Origin: Centroscyllium fabricii
Lineage: Eukaryota
Direction of reading: 5' to 3'
DNA: 64,000 nucleotides
Assembly: GCA_051313645.2 (NCBI GenBank)
Contig: JBNRSN020000014.1
Coordinates: forward strand, 72,726,001-72,790,000
Below are positions 37,231 to 51,600 of the stretch, piece by piece. Position 1 is the stretch's first letter. The number at the start of each line of letters is the position of its first letter. A model generated the notes under the pieces. That model searched no databases. It saw only the letters and a program-made list of their open reading frames with translations, and was not told where the DNA came from. Made by a program: the position numbers and the translations under genes.

Positions 37231-37452
37231 GCCATAATGTGGAGGTGCCGGTGTTGGACTGGGGTGGACAAATGCAAGAAGTCACACAACACCAGATTAT
37301 AGTCCAACGGTTTTATTTTAAATCACAAGCTTTCGGAGCTTTTGCCCCTTTGTCAGATTCTCATTCACCTGACGAAGGGGCAAAAGCTCCGAAAGCTTGT
37401 GATTTAAAATAAAACCGTTGGACTATAATCTGGTGTTGTGTGACTTCTTGCA
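37231..37452. mobile_element. Short palindromic Penelope-type insertion
   Basis: Near-perfect ~84-bp inverted arms 37273-37356/37369-37452; flanking duplication CACAGTGCAGTTG. Confidence 0.85.
37365..37402 (+). ncRNA. Minimal type I hammerhead ribozyme (predicted)
   Basis: TCAC-CTGACGA-A-GGGGC-AAAA-GCTCC-GAAA-GC-TT-GTGA: core boxes, stem II, stem I TCAC/GTGA, palindromic AAGCTT. Confidence 0.7.
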
Positions 37453-38003
37453 CAGTGCAGTTGGGGAAGGAGTTTCAGGATTTTGACTCAATGACAATGA
37501 AGGATCGGTAATCTACTCCCAAGTCAGGGTTGCGTGTGACTTGGAGCGGACCTTGGAGGTGGTGGTGATCCCATGTGTTTGCTCCCCTTGTCCTGCTAGG
37601 TGGTAGAGGTCACGGGTTTGGGAGGTGCTGCTGAAGAAGCCTTGGTGAGTTGCCGCAGTGCATCTTGTAGATGGTACACACTGCAGCCATGGTACGCCGG
37701 TGGTGGATAGAGTGAATGTTTAAGCTGGTGGATGGGGTGCCAATCAAGTGGGCTATTTTGTCTTGGATGGTTTCGAGCGTCTTGAGTGTTGTTGGTCCGA
37801 GGCAAGTGGAGAGTATTCCATCACTCTGGAATACTCTCCAGTGTGATGACCTCAGCATTGTTTCCGAGGTCATTGGGGAATGCTGGTGGTAAGGTTACAA
37901 TGACCAAGTGTTTCTTGTTTTTGAACAGTGGAGATTAGACACTATTATTCTAGCAAGTGACACAGTTCCGAATATTAGCAATTTACATTTATATAGCGCC
38001 TTT

Positions 38004-39800
38004 AGAAACATAGAAGATAGGAGCAGGAGTAGGCCATTCGGCCCCTTGAGCTTGCTCCACCATTCAATGAGATCATGGCTGATCATCCAAATTCAGTACC
38101 CTGTTCCTGCCATCTCACCATATCCCTTGATCCCTTTAGCCTTAGGAAATATATGGAAACATAGAAACATAGAAACTAGGAGCAGGAGTAGGCCATTCAG
38201 CCCTTCGAGACTGCTCCGCCATTCAATGAGATCATGGCTGATCATGCAAACCCAGCACCCCGCCCCTGCCCTATGATGAAGGGCATTGACCAGGTGGACA
38301 TACAAAGACTGTTTCCAAGGATGGGGGAGATAGGTACGAGAGGTCACAAGTATAAAATACAGGGAGGAAAGTTCAGAAGGGATGGAAGAGGGGGGTTCTT
38401 CACGCAGAGGGTTGTGGGAGATTGGAATAGGCTGCCGGCACGGATTGTAGAGGCAGGCAGCCTGGAGGCGTTCAAGAGGAAACTGGATATCCACATGGGG
38501 AGAGAAGGGTATTAGAAGGGAAGCTGGAGGGATCGGGCGGCACGACTTGTAGGCCGGCTGGCCTGTTCAAGTGCCGTAAATGTCTATTGTCTATTGTCTA
38601 TATCCCACCCTATCCCCATATCTAACTCCTTCTTGAATATATTCAATGATTTGGCCTCCGCTGCCTTCTGTGGTTGTCACGGGGGGCCTGTTCCTTTAAA
38701 TATTAGAAACAGTTTTTGCTGTTGCTCCACAGCTGTTTCAAGGAATAGGTTCCTTGTTATGTTATTAACTGTTCAATTATCTATGTATGTGCTAGTTGTG
38801 CTCTGCTCTCATCCCCTCAGGATTATTGGCTATCACCCAATAGGGTACTTGCTGGGTTTAGGATATAATCAGGAGGTTGGCTGAGAGCAGATGCGGGATC
38901 ATTTGATGGTAATGCGTCTTGGGACTGGATATCCATTATTCATTCTACAGGCCACTGGAAGGAGGTGGTTTTCTGCTGTTGTGCTGAGTGGCCGTCAGAG
39001 GCAAGGAGGTTGCAGATCGACTGACTCAGCTTGTACTTGTACTCTGCTATTTCAGGTGCTCAGGCTGGGTTGCCCAACAGGGGCATTGGGGTGGAACTCA
39101 TTTCCCTCCGCCTTGACAGTGCGCCCTGCTATTGGGAACTCAGCAATGGACATTCATTTGTTTGGTAAGGGAGTCCCCCTGCCAGTAGATCTGGTGCGCT
39201 ACTGCCTGTGACGGAGCAGAAGAAGTAGGTCGGACCCATTTCTACTACATGGACATTCATTTCTTCATCCGAGCCCTGGTTTGGACATTGGTAATCTGGA
39301 AGCATAAGCTGTTCCTACATCCTCTACGTAGAGGGTGGATTGAGATGTCATGCTCGCTGAGGAGGACTTGCTCGGTTCTCTTTAGGTTGGACAGTTATGC
39401 CTGGACTGGTATTCTTTGGGAGAATGGCGCGCTGGATTGCGTGGCACCCCTTTATTCATTGCTCGCTGTGTTGGGAAGTCTGTGCCAGTCTGTTGATAAG
39501 ACTTGTGTTTTATATGTGTCCAATACTATTGTATGTTTTTGGGTATTCTATAGTGTTTTAGTAATAAAGGAGTTTAGTTTAATAGACGTTTCAGTGTCTC
39601 TGCATTTGGGCCCCGCCTTCATTCCGAATACACCAAACCGTTACAGAGGTACAGAATTCCACAGGTTCACCAATCTCTGTGTGAAGAAATTGCTCCTCAT
39701 TTCTGTCCTAAATGGTTTACCCTTTATCCTTAGACTGTGACCCCTGGTTCTGGACTTCCCCACCATCAGGAACATATTTCCTGCATCTAGTCTGGTGCAC
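38004..39800. mobile_element. Nested CR1 3' ends on both strands, interrupted by a solo LTR
   Basis: Several CR1 tails (-) and a + strand CR1 piece at 38275-38595 (TRGHKYKI...WNRLP). Confidence 0.75.
38675..39645 (+). mobile_element. Solo LTR (sushi-like Gypsy)
   Basis: Homologous to 27938-28931; TG...CA; near-TSD GTGGT/GAGGT. Confidence 0.92.
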
Positions 39801-40337
39801 AAGGACAGCCAGGTCTAAGATATAGTTCTTAGATTTGGGGGTGTCGGGGGATATGGGGAGAGATTAGGAGGGGGGTGCTGGGTTTGGATTATCAGCCATG
39901 ATCTCATTGAATGGTGGAGCAGGCTCAAAGGGCCCAATGGCCTACTCCTGCTCCTATCTTCTGTGTTTCTCCCAATCTATTGCCGCTCAGATAATAATCT
40001 GCTTTCCTGTTTTTGCCACGAACTTAAGGCAGGTACAGGAGAAAACAACAGTCACATATCAGAAACTCTCAGGTAAAGGACAAAAACCCCATCACATACC
40101 AGAAACTGTCAGTTACACGACAAAACCCCACTCACGTACTAGAAACTGACGGGTACAGGACAAAACCCAATGCACATATCAGAAAGTGACAGGCATAGGG
40201 CAAAACTCCACTCACATACCAGAAACAGACAAGTCCAGGACAAAACTCCACTCACATACCAGAAACTCAGGTACAGGACAAAACCCCACTCACACACCAG
40301 AATCTGTCAGGTACAGGATAAAATCCTTCTCACATAC

Positions 40338-40548
40338 CTACTCCACGTAGAGCACCTCTAACGTCGGAGGAGGACAGTGTTAGTGGCTGGACTTCCGGAG
40401 ATTGCAAGACTGTGGTGGCTAGCTCCCTGTTGTCCCTGTCGAAGCGAGCATAGAAGTTGTTAAGTTCCTCCGATAGGGAGGCATCGCAGGGTAGGGGGCT
40501 GGTGTTCTTTCACTTGTAGTCCGTGATGGACTGTATGCCTTGCCACAT
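40338..40548 (-). mobile_element. Rex1/Babar LINE fragment inside the satellite
   Basis: MWQGIQSITDYK...SLSEELNNFYARFD. Confidence 0.75.
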
Positions 40549-40758
40549 ACCTGAAACTGACAGGTACAGAACAAAACCCCACTCACATACCAGAAACTGA
40601 CAGGTACAGGAAAAAAAACCTCTCACATACCAGAAACTGAAAGCTTTAGCAGAAACCCCCACTCCTCTATCAGAAACTGACAGGTACAGAACAAAACCCC
40701 ACTCACACACCAAAAACTGACAGGTACAGGACAAAACAAAACTCACATACCAGAAGCT

Positions 40759-41795
40759 TGTCACAGTTGGCATACCCCTTTAAGGTATCCATTTTGTATT
40801 TTGGCATACCCCTTTAAGGTATCCATTTTGTATTTGGGTTTTGTTCTCTGGTGTTGTTAATTGTTCCTCAATTGGTTGTTCACATACCTATGTGTTTCTA
40901 GTTATCAATACCTGCATTTGATTGGGTAACACTAATCAATCTGGGTTGGCTGTTTGGCTTATTAGCTGAATGGTTTGACCAGACAGCGGCGGGATCATTG
41001 TGGAGCTCTTTTCTACCAAGTAACATTTTGCAGTACTAGAACACAGGAAGGTGTTTCTAGTTTCCGTGGAAGGCAGTGAGCTGTGGTTTTAGATTTCTTC
41101 TTCTGAAGACTCTGGATGAGATGGGTCCCTGTTGAACAGGGGACTCTGGAGGATTTCTATATTTCTACTTCTGGACACTGTGCTTCATCACCTGTATCAG
41201 GTTTGGACTTTCCAATTATACTTCATGGACATTGCTTATTTCATTCCTGCGGCAATGAGGCCCTTTTTATATCCTGGACGCTCTTGACCGGGTGTTCTGG
41301 AAGTTCTGAGGATGACCACCGAAAGACCATATCCAGGGATGCTCTAGGTTGAGTGTTCCGGAGGTCAGGACATTGTTGCAATCATATTTCATTCCTACGG
41401 CAATGAGGCCCTTTTTATATCCTGGACGCTCTTGACCGGGTGTTCTGGAAGTTCTGAGGATGACCACCGAAAGACCATATCCAGGGATGCTCTATGTTGA
41501 GTGTTCCGGAGGTCAGGACATTGTTGCAATCACCTGTACTCAACTTTGGACTTATCATTACCACTTCTTATTAGGCCCTTTCTGTATTTAAGATACTCTA
41601 ATCTGAGTGTCTCGAGGGTTTAATAATCTGTATTAAGTTTGTGCCTGTCTTCAGTCAAGACTTGTGTTTAGATGTTTATGGATTTTGTATGAATACATGT
41701 ATGTCTTTTATAAACATGTTGGTATATTAAAGGATTTAGGATCTAGACTGTTTTCTCAGTGTTTATGCAGTTGGGCCCCGCACCCCACCGTTACA
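40759..41795 (+). mobile_element. Solo LTR (sushi-like Gypsy) inside the satellite
   Basis: TGTCAC...GTTACA, TSD AAGCT; internal ~148-bp tandem duplication. Confidence 0.92.
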
Positions 41796-44700
41796 AAGCT
41801 GACAGGTACAGGTCAAAACAAAAGTCATATATCAGAAACTGTCAGGTACAGGACAAAACCCAACTCACATACCAGAAGCTGACAGGTACAGGTCAAAACA
41901 AAAGTCATATATCAGAAACTGTCAGGTACAGGACAAAACCCAACTCACATACCAGAAACTCACAGGTACAGGAAAAAAGCCCACTCACATAACGGAAACT
42001 ATCAGGTACAGGACAAAACCCCACTCACATACCAGAAATTGACAGCTGGAGGACAAAATCCCACTCACATACCAGAAACTGACAGGTACAGGACAAAACC
42101 CCACTCACATACCAGAAATTGACAGCTGGAGGACAAAATCCCACTCACATACCAGAAACTGACAGGTACAGGACAAAACCCCACTAACATACCAGAAACT
42201 GACAGCTTTAGCAGAAACCCCCACTCCTGTATCAGAAACTGAAAGGTACAGGACAAAACCCCACTCACGTACTAGAAAATGACAGGTACAGGATGAAACC
42301 CCAATCACATACCAGAAACTCACAGTTTCAGGACAAAACCACACTCACATACCGGAAACTTAAGGCAGGTACAGGACAAATCGCCACTCACATACCAGAA
42401 ACTGACAGGTACAGGACAAAAGCCCACTCACATACCAGAAACTGACAAGTACATAGCAAAATCCCACTCACAAAGCAGAAACTGTCAGCTGCAGTACAAA
42501 ACCCCACGCACATAACAGAAACTGTTAGCTACAGGACAAACTCTACTCACACACCAGAAAGTCACAGGTACAGGATAAAACCCCACTCACATATCAGAAA
42601 CTGACAGGAACAGGATAGAACCACACTCACGGACTAGAAACTGATGGGTACAGGAGAAAACCCAATGCACATATCAGAATGTGACAGGCATAGGGCAAAA
42701 CTCCACTCACATACCAGAAACAGACAAGTCCAGGACAAAACCCCACTCACATACCAGAAACTGACAGACACAGGACAAAACCCCACTCATACATCAGAAT
42801 ATGACAACAGAGGACAAAACCCGACTCATATCAGAAACTGTCAGGTACAGGACAAAACCCCACTCACGTATTAGAAAATGACAGGTAGAGGACAAAACCC
42901 CACTCACATACCAGAAAATGACAGGCACAGGACAAAACAAAACTCAGGTACAGGACAAAATCACTCTCACATACCAGAAACTGTCGGGTACATGACAAAA
43001 GCCCACTCACATACTAGAAACTGACAGGTACAGAACAAAACCACACTCACATATCAGAAACTGACATGAACAGGATAAAACCCCACTCACATTTCGGAAA
43101 CTGACAGGTGCAGGCCAAAACGCACTCATGTATCAGAAACTGACAGGTATAGGACAAAACCCCTCTCACATCGAAGAAAGTGTCAGGTACAGGATGAAAC
43201 CCCACTCACATACTAGAAACTGACAGGTTAAGGACAAAACCCCACTCACATGCCAGAATGTGACAGGTACAGGAAAGAAAAAACACTCTCATACCAGAAA
43301 CTGACAGGTATAGGGCAAAACCCCACTCACACACCAAAAACTGACATGTGAATGTGGTTTTGTTCTGTACCTAACAGAAACTATCAGGTACACGACAAAA
43401 CGCCACTGACATACCAGAAACTGTCAGCTACAGGACAAACTCCCACACACATATCAGAAATGCACAGCAACAGAACAAATTCCGACTCGCATATCAGAAA
43501 CTCACAGGTAAAGGACAAAATCCCACTCACATATCAGAAACTCACAGGTACAGGATAAAACCCCACTCACATTTCAGAAACTGACAGTTCCCCGACAAAA
43601 AACACACATATATCACAGGTAATGGACAAAACCCCACTCACATGCCAGAAACTCACAGGTAAAGGACAAAATCCCACTCACATATCAGAAACTCACAGGT
43701 ACAGGATAAAACCCCACTCACATGCCAGAATCTCACAGGAACTGGACAAAACCCCAGTCACATATCAGAAACTCACAAGTAAAGGACAAAACCCCACTCA
43801 CATACCAGAAAATGACAGGTACAGTACAAAACCCCACTCATATAGCAGAAACTGACAGGTACAGGACAAAATCCCACTCACACACCAGAAACTCACAGGC
43901 ACAGGACACAATCCCACTCAGAGACAAGAAACTCAAAGGCACAGGACAAAATCCCACTCACAGATCAGAAACTCACAGGTACAGGACAAAACTCCACTCA
44001 CATACCAGAAAATGACAGGTACAGTACAAAACCCCACTCACAGACCAGAAACTGACAGGTACAGTACAAAACTCCACTCACAAGCCAGAAACTGACAGGT
44101 GCACTATTAAACCCACACGCACACACCAGAGACTGACAGGTACAGGACAAAACCCCACTCACATACTAGAAACTGACAGGTACAAGACAAAACCCCTAAC
44201 ACATATCAGAAACAGACTGTTACAGGACAAAACTCACACTAACATACCAGAATGTTACAGGTACAGGACAAAACCCCAGTCACATATCAGAAACACAGAG
44301 ATACAGGACAAAACCCCACTCACATGCCAGAATCTCACTGGAACTGGACAAAACCCCACTCACATACCAGAAACTGTCAGGTACAGGACAAAACCCCACT
44401 CATATCAGGAACTGACAGGAACAGGACAAAACCTCACTCACATACCAGAAACTCACAGGGACAGATTAACCTCACTCACACAACAGAAACTGAAAGGTAC
44501 AGGACAAAACCCCAGTCACATATCAGAAACACAGAGATACAGGACAAAACCCCACTCACATACCGGAAACTCACAGGCACAGGACAAAATCACACTCAGA
44601 GACCAGAAACTGACAGGTACATGACAAAATCCCACTCACATATCAGAAACTCACAGGTACAGTACAAAACTCCACTCACACACCAGAGACTGACAGGCAC

Positions 44701-46494
44701 AAGACAAAACCCTCACACATATCAGAAACAGACTGTTACAGGACAAAACTCACACTAACATACCAGAATGTTACAGTTACAGTACAAAACCCCACTCACA
44801 TATCAGAAACTGACAGGGACAGATTAAACCTCACTCACATAACAGAAACTGACAGGTACAGGACAGAACCCACACTCACAAACCAGAATGTTACAGGTGC
44901 AGTAAATAACCCCACTCACATATCAGAAACTCACAGGCACTGGAAAAAAAACACTCACATACCAGAAAATGACAGGGACAGCACAAATCCCCACTCACAT
45001 GCCAGAAACTCACAGGTACAGGACAAAACCCCACTCACACACCAGAGGCTGACAGGTACAAGATGAAACCCCAGTCACATACCAGAAACTGTCAGGAACA
45101 GGACAAAACCCCACACAAATACCAGAAATAGACGGCTACAGGAGAAAACCCCACTCACATACTAGAAACTGATGTGTACAGTAGAAAACCCCACTCACAT
45201 ATCAGAAAATGACAGGTACAGGACAAAACCCCAAACACACACCAGAAACTCACAGGTACAGAACTAAACCCCACTCACCTATCAGAAATTGTCAGGAAGA
45301 GTACAAAACCCCACTCACATAGAAACTGACAGGTACAGGACAAAACCCCACTCATATACCAAAAACTGACAGGGACAGGACAAAACCCCACTCACATATC
45401 AGAAACTCACAGGCACAGGACAAAACCCCACTCACATATCAGAAACACACAGGTAAAGGTAAAACCCGACTCAAAGCAGAAATTGACGTGTACAGGACAA
45501 AGCCCGCTCACATAACAGAAAATGACAGTACAGTACAAAACCCCACTCACATACCAGAAACTCGCAGGAACCGGCCAAAACCCCACTCACATACCAGAAA
45601 CTCACAGGTACAGTATTAAACCCACACCCACACACCAGAGACTGACAGGCACAAGACAAAACCCCTCACACATATCAAAAACTGACAGTTACAGGACAAA
45701 ACACACACTTACATACCAGAATGTTACAGGTAGAGTACAAAACCCCACTCACATATCAGAAACTGACAGCGACAGATTAAACCTCACTCACATATCAGAA
45801 ACTCACAGGTACTGGAAAAAAAACACTCACATACCAGAAAATGACAGGCACAGCACAAAGCCCCACTCACATACCAGATACTGACAGGTACAGGACAAAA
45901 CACCACTCACATACCAGAACTAGACAGCTACAAGACAAAACCCCACTCACGTACTAGAAACTGATGGGTACAGTACAAAACCCCAAACACATACCAGAAA
46001 ATGCCAGGTACAGGTCTAAACCCCACTCACATATCAGAAATTGTCAGGAGGTAGAGTACAAAATCCCACTCACATATCAGAAACTGACAAGGGCAGATTA
46101 AACCTCACTCACATAACAGAAACTGACCGGTACAGGGCAAACCCCCACACATATACCAGAAACTGACAGGTACAGGACAAAACCCCATTCACATAACAGA
46201 AACTGACAGATACAGGACAAAATCCCTCTCACATAACAGAAACTGTCAGGTACAGCCTAAAACCCCACTCACATACCAGAAACTGACAGGCACAGGACAA
46301 AACCCCACTCACATACCAGAAATTTACAGGTACAGGACAAAGTCCCACTCATATACCAGAAACTGAAAAGTACATTATAAAACTCCACGGCCATCCTAGA
46401 AACCGACAGGTACAGTATACAACTCCACTCACATACTAGAAACTGACAGGTACATTATAAAACCCATGCATGCATACCAGAAACTGACAGGTAC

Positions 46495-46892
46495 TCTCTT
46501 TAATGCAGTCCCTCAGAACCGAGGATGACTTGCTTCCACATTAAAAATGAGTTCACAGGTGACTGATCAGTCCAAAACGGGACCTACAATCTCTGTCACA
46601 GGTGGGGCAGACGGTGGTTGAAGGGGCGGGTTGGTGGGGTGTTTGGGTTGATGTACGCTCCTTCGCTTCACTTCCGCTTGCTCCCGGCAAAGAGACACGA
46701 GGTGCTCCGCACCTTCCCGGATGCTTCTCCTCAACTTCGTGCGGTGTTGGGCCAGCGATTCTCAGATGTCAGTGGGGATGTTGCAGTTTTTCAAGGTGGC
46801 TTTAAGGGTGTCCTCTGCCCACCTGGGACTCTCTTGCTGAGTCGGAGCTCTGAGTAGAGCACTTGTATTGGGAGTCACATATCGGGCATGCA
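46495..46892 (-). mobile_element. RTE-clade LINE 3' fragment
   Basis: Homologous to 13816-14232. Confidence 0.8.
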
Positions 46893-46895
46893 GAT

Positions 46896-47072
46896 TGTGG
46901 TAACCGTTGTGATAAACCCTTTATCAGTTGTATATAGTTAACTACCATGTATTGCGATGTACCTATGTAAATACCTGTACTGTTAGGTGATGACTGGGAC
47001 ATGCCCAGGTTAGCTCCGCCCATGACTCCTCCCTCCCTGGAGGAGGTATATAAGTGGCTGCACCCATCCCCC
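46896..47072 (+). mobile_element. Truncated Gypsy LTR fragment
   Basis: Begins TGTGGTAACC like LTRs A/B; CCAGGTTAGCTCCGCCC and TATATAAG. Confidence 0.6.
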
Positions 47073-47550
47073 CAGTACCAGAGACTGACAGATACAATAT
47101 GAATCTCATATTCATAAACCGAGTGAGTAATAGATTCATGTGGAATCTGGCGCTGAAAGACAGTACCAGAGACAGATTCAGATCTAATCCGACACTAACG
47201 TACAGTACCAGAGACTGACAGATACAGAATGAATCTGACTCACATGTCACAGTAACAGACAGATACAGAATTAATGTCACACACATGTACACTACCAGAG
47301 AATGACAGAATCAGAATTAATCCAGACTCACTGACACATGGTACCAGAATCTATCGGATACAGATAGAATCCCACCCTGATACAAGGTACCAGTGACGGA
47401 CAGGAAACAAATAGAGGCAACACTCCGAGTGTAACAGAGACTGAGATTGAGAATGATTCATACACTGACATAAATTACCAGAGACCAAGTGATAAAGAAC
47501 TATTCCCACACACACACACAGAGTACTAGAGACTGACATATACAGAACTA
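47073..47550 (+). repeat. Diverged satellite units
   Basis: TACCAGAGACTGACAGATACAG repeats. Confidence 0.7.
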
Positions 47551-48166
47551 ATGTGCCGGGGACCACACCACAAGGATTGAATACAGTATACAATAGCAAA
47601 ATACTGCAGATGCTGGAAATCTGAAATAACAACAGAAAACGCTGGAGAAACTCAGCAGGCCAGGCAGCATCAGTGGAGAGAGGAACAGAGCTGATGTTTG
47701 AGGTCGATGACCTTTCTTCAAAACTGGAGAAGCCAGGAGGGGAGACAGATTTAAAGCTTGTGGGGGCTGGGGAAAGGGGGAGGGGGGATGAAAGAACAAA
47801 CGAATGATCAGCGACAGGTTGGAAGGCGGGGGAAGGTAAGAGATATTCGGTGAAATTGAAGGAACACAGGATGGCTCGGAATAGATGTGAACAGCTTTAG
47901 CAGAGTAAAGAAAAAAAAGGGAAAAAATAAAAAAGCCCAGACGAAAGTGTGGATTGAAAAAAGAGAGAAATTATATATCTGTAAAAAAGTGTGGTGGGGG
48001 CCGAGGTTATGATGTGAAATTGTTGAAATCTATGTTTAGTCCATAGGGCTGTAGAATGCCTAAGGGAAAGATGAGGTGCTGTTCCTCGAGATTACGCTGG
48101 GCTTCTGTGGATCAATGCAGCAGGCCACAGACAGTGAGGTCTGAATGGGAGTGGAGAATGCAACCC

Positions 48167-48591
48167 CTTCCCCTTCGCCCGGTACCTTTACGTGCAAGCG
48201 CAGGAGATGCAACACATGCCCTTATACCTCCCACTGTCCAGGGCCCAAACACCCCTTCCAGGTGAAACAACGATTGACGTGTATGTCCCGTAATTTAGTA
48301 CACTGTATTCACTGCTCACGATGTGGTCTCCTCTACAATGGGGAGACCAAACGCAGATTGAGTGACCACTTTGCGGAACACCTCCTTTCAGTCCATAAGG
48401 GGGACCCCGAGCTCCCGGTGGCCTGTCACTTTAATTCTCCACTCCACTCCCATTCAGACCTCACTGTCTGTGGCCTGTTGCATTGTTCCACGGAAGCCCA
48501 GCGTAAACTCGAGGAACAGCACCTCATCTTTCGCTTAGGCACTTGTCAACCCTCTGGACTAAACATAGAGTTCAACAATTTTACATCATAA
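48167..48591 (+). pseudogene. Penelope-like GIY-YIG endonuclease fragment
   Basis: CKRRRCNTC...NLVHCIHCSRCGLLYNGETKRRLSDHFAEH...VACHFN...EQHLIFRLGT..PSGLN. Confidence 0.88.
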
Positions 48592-48695
48592 TCTCAGCCC
48601 CTACCACACTTTTTTACAGATATATATTTTCTTTTTTTTTCAATCGACACTTTCGTCTGGGCATTTTTATTTTTCTCTTTACTCTGCTAAAGCTG

Positions 48696-51600
48696 TGACG
48701 TATCGTCAATTTACTCAATAAAGTCAAAGACGAGTAGTAACCTTAACTACAGGCTTTTATTGACTTACTTTGGAGCTACACTCCGAACGAACAAACAGGA
48801 ACAGAATGAGTGAGCCTGGTCAGTCCTCACCTATAAAGGGCCTCACCTGGGGGAGGTGTTAGAGGTGTGGCTGACCTGGCTCCACGACAGTGTCGCAACA
48901 TGTTTAACTATTATACATGGCAATATTGGCACCAATATTGTAGTGGTAAACTATAGACAATTATGGTTACCACATTCACCCCTTCTTGAAAATTTAAGTC
49001 CGGCGGGGTGAATGGACAGAGCAGTTCAATATTAATTTGTCCGGAGGTCGCGTCTGTCTGGAGGACTGCCAGGGCTCTGGCAGAAGTTCTGTATGGTCCG
49101 TCCCGCTCGGGTCCGGTGGTGGTGACAGTGGCGCTGGTGCCGAAACTTCAGGTGCTGGTGTTATCGGTTGATCCGAGCCGTCCGAATGGAAGTCTTGGGC
49201 TGGCCAAGGCTGGGGCTCTGGGTACCTTGGTGGCCACTGTAGGTGCAGGGGGTGTTCGAAACCTCGTGACTGGGCGGGCTGCTGCCCGACCAGTGGCTCT
49301 GCTGTGGTGCTCCCGGCGGGCGCTAGGTCCCTGATGGGGATGGTGTCCTCGCGCCCATCCGGGAACTGCACGTAGGCGTACTGTGGGTTAGCGTGTAGGA
49401 GCTGCACCTTGTCCACCAGGGGGTCGGTCTTGTGGCCGCGGACGTGTTTTCTAAGGAAGACCGGCCCCGGTGTCGTGAGCCATGGAGGAAGAGCTGTCCC
49501 CGAAGTCGACTTCCTGGGAAAGAAAAACATTAAATCATGAGGGGTGGCATTGGTAGCCGTACATAACAGAGAGCGTATCGAGTGCAGCGCGTCTGGGAGT
49601 ACTGCCTGCCAATGGGACACTGGAAGGCCTCTGGACTTCAGAGCCAGGGTGACCGCCTTCCAGATGATCCCATTCTCCCTTTCTACCTGGCCGTTCCCCC
49701 GGGAGTTGTAACTGGTCGTTCTGCTCGAGGCAACCCCTTTCTGGAGCAGAAACTGGCGCAGTTCATCGCTCATGAACGATGACCCCCGGTCGCTATGAAT
49801 GTAGCTGGGGAGACTGAAAATGGCGAACAGCGTGGTGAAGAGTTTTATCACCGTTGCGCTCATCATATCTGGGCAGGGGAAGGTGAAGGGGAAGCAGGAG
49901 AACTCATCTACGACCGTGAGGAAGTACGAGTTGCGGTCGGTGGAGGGGAGGGAGCCTTTGAAGTCCACGCTTACATGTTCAAAGGGGCGGGTGGCCTTAA
50001 TGAGGTGCGCCGTGTTTGGCCGGAAAAATTGGGGTTTGCACTCGGCACAAACAGGGCACTCTCAGGTCATAGCCTTGATCTCCGTGATGGAGTAGGGGAG
50101 GCTACGGGATTTGATGAAGTGGGCAAGTCTGGTGACACCCGGGTGGCAGAGGCGATCGTGGAGATCCTTCAGCCGGTCTAGCTGGGCACTGGCGCACGTT
50201 CCCCTGGACAGTGCATCCGGGGGTTCATTGAGTTTACCTGGTCGGTAAAGAATGTCGTACTCGTAAGTCGAGAGCTCGATCCGCCACCGCAGGATCTTAT
50301 CATTCTTGATCTTACCCTTTTGTTTGTTATTAAACAAAAACGCCACCGACCGCTGGTCAGTGAGTAGGGTAAGACGCTTACCGGCCAGGTAATGACGCCA
50401 GTAGCGCACGGCCTCCACGATGGCCTGGGCCTCCTTTTCCACTGCAGAGTGGCGAATTTCGGGTCCCTGTAGGGTGTGGGAGAAAAACGCTGCGGGCCTG
50501 CCTGCCTGATTCAGGGTGGCGGCAAGGGCAAAGTCTTAAGCATCACTCTCCACCTGGAAAGGGATGGATTCATCAACGGCGTGCATGGTCGCCTTGATGA
50601 TGTCTTCCTTTATCCGGGAGAATACCGCAGGGGGAAGACGGCAGCCTTGAGGTGTGGTCTAGACTTGCCCGCGAACTGTGGGACCCATTGTGCGTAGTAG
50701 GAGAAAAATCCTAGGCATCTCCTCAAGGCTTTGGGGTTGTGAGGAAGGGGCAGTTCTTGTAAGGGGTGCATACACTGTGGGTCGGGGCTGAGAACCCCAT
50801 TCTCCACCATGTATCTGAGGATGGCGAGCCGGTCTGTATTAAAGACACATTTGTCCTTGTTATACGTAAGGTCCAGCCGTTCCACCTTGTCAAGGAATTT
50901 GGCCAGATTGGCATCGTGGTCCTGCTGGTCATGGCCGCAGATAGTCACGTTGTCCAGGTAAGGGAAGGTGGCCCGCAACCCGTTCTGGTCAACCATGCGG
51001 TCCATCTCCCGTTGGAACACTGACACTCCATTGGTCACGCCGAAGGGGACACGGAGGAAGTGGTATAGCCGACCGTTCGCCTCGAAGGCGGTGTACGGGC
51101 GGTCAGCTTTCCGGATCGCGAGTTGCTGATATGACGACTTAAGGTCGATCATGACGAACACCTTATATTGGGCGATCTGGTTGACCATGTCCGAGATGCG
51201 GGGGAGGGGGTATGCGTCGAGCCCGGTGTAGCGGTTAATAGTCTGGCTGTAATCGATAACCAGCCGCTGTTTCTCGCCAGTCTTCACCACTACAACCTGG
51301 GACTGCCAGGGGCTGGTGCTGGCTTCAATTATCCCCTCCTTCAGCATACGCCCGACCTCCGACCTCCGATCCCCCACACTATACCGCCAACTCTTAGTAG
51401 CAATAGGCTTGCAGTTGGGGTCGAGATTGGCGAACAGTGACGGGGGGTCGATTTTCAGGGTGGAGAGGCCGCAGGCCGGGCTCCGCTTTGGGAAGGGACT
51501 GTTCCGGCTACTGACGGTGAGGGGGGGCAGGGTCCCGCCGAACTCCATTGTCACGCTCTTGAGGTGGCACTGGAAATCCAGACCTAGTAAGGCTGGGGCG

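Larger units (their letters stand above)
37090..37830 (-). mobile_element. LINE 3' fragment (clade uncertain)
   Basis: LETIQDKIAHLIG...IHSIHHRRTMAAVCTIYKMHC resembles a LINE ORF2 C-terminus; A-rich tail. Confidence 0.6.
40030..46490 (+). repeat. 40-bp satellite array
   Basis: Consensus ACAGGACAAAACCCCACTCACATACCAGAAACTGACAGGT repeated over ~5 kb net of insertions. Confidence 0.97.

Noticed and set aside
40030-46490. CRISPR-like periodicity and many short ORFs
   Set aside because: Contiguous tandem units with no unique spacers and no cas genes; the ORFs are satellite translations
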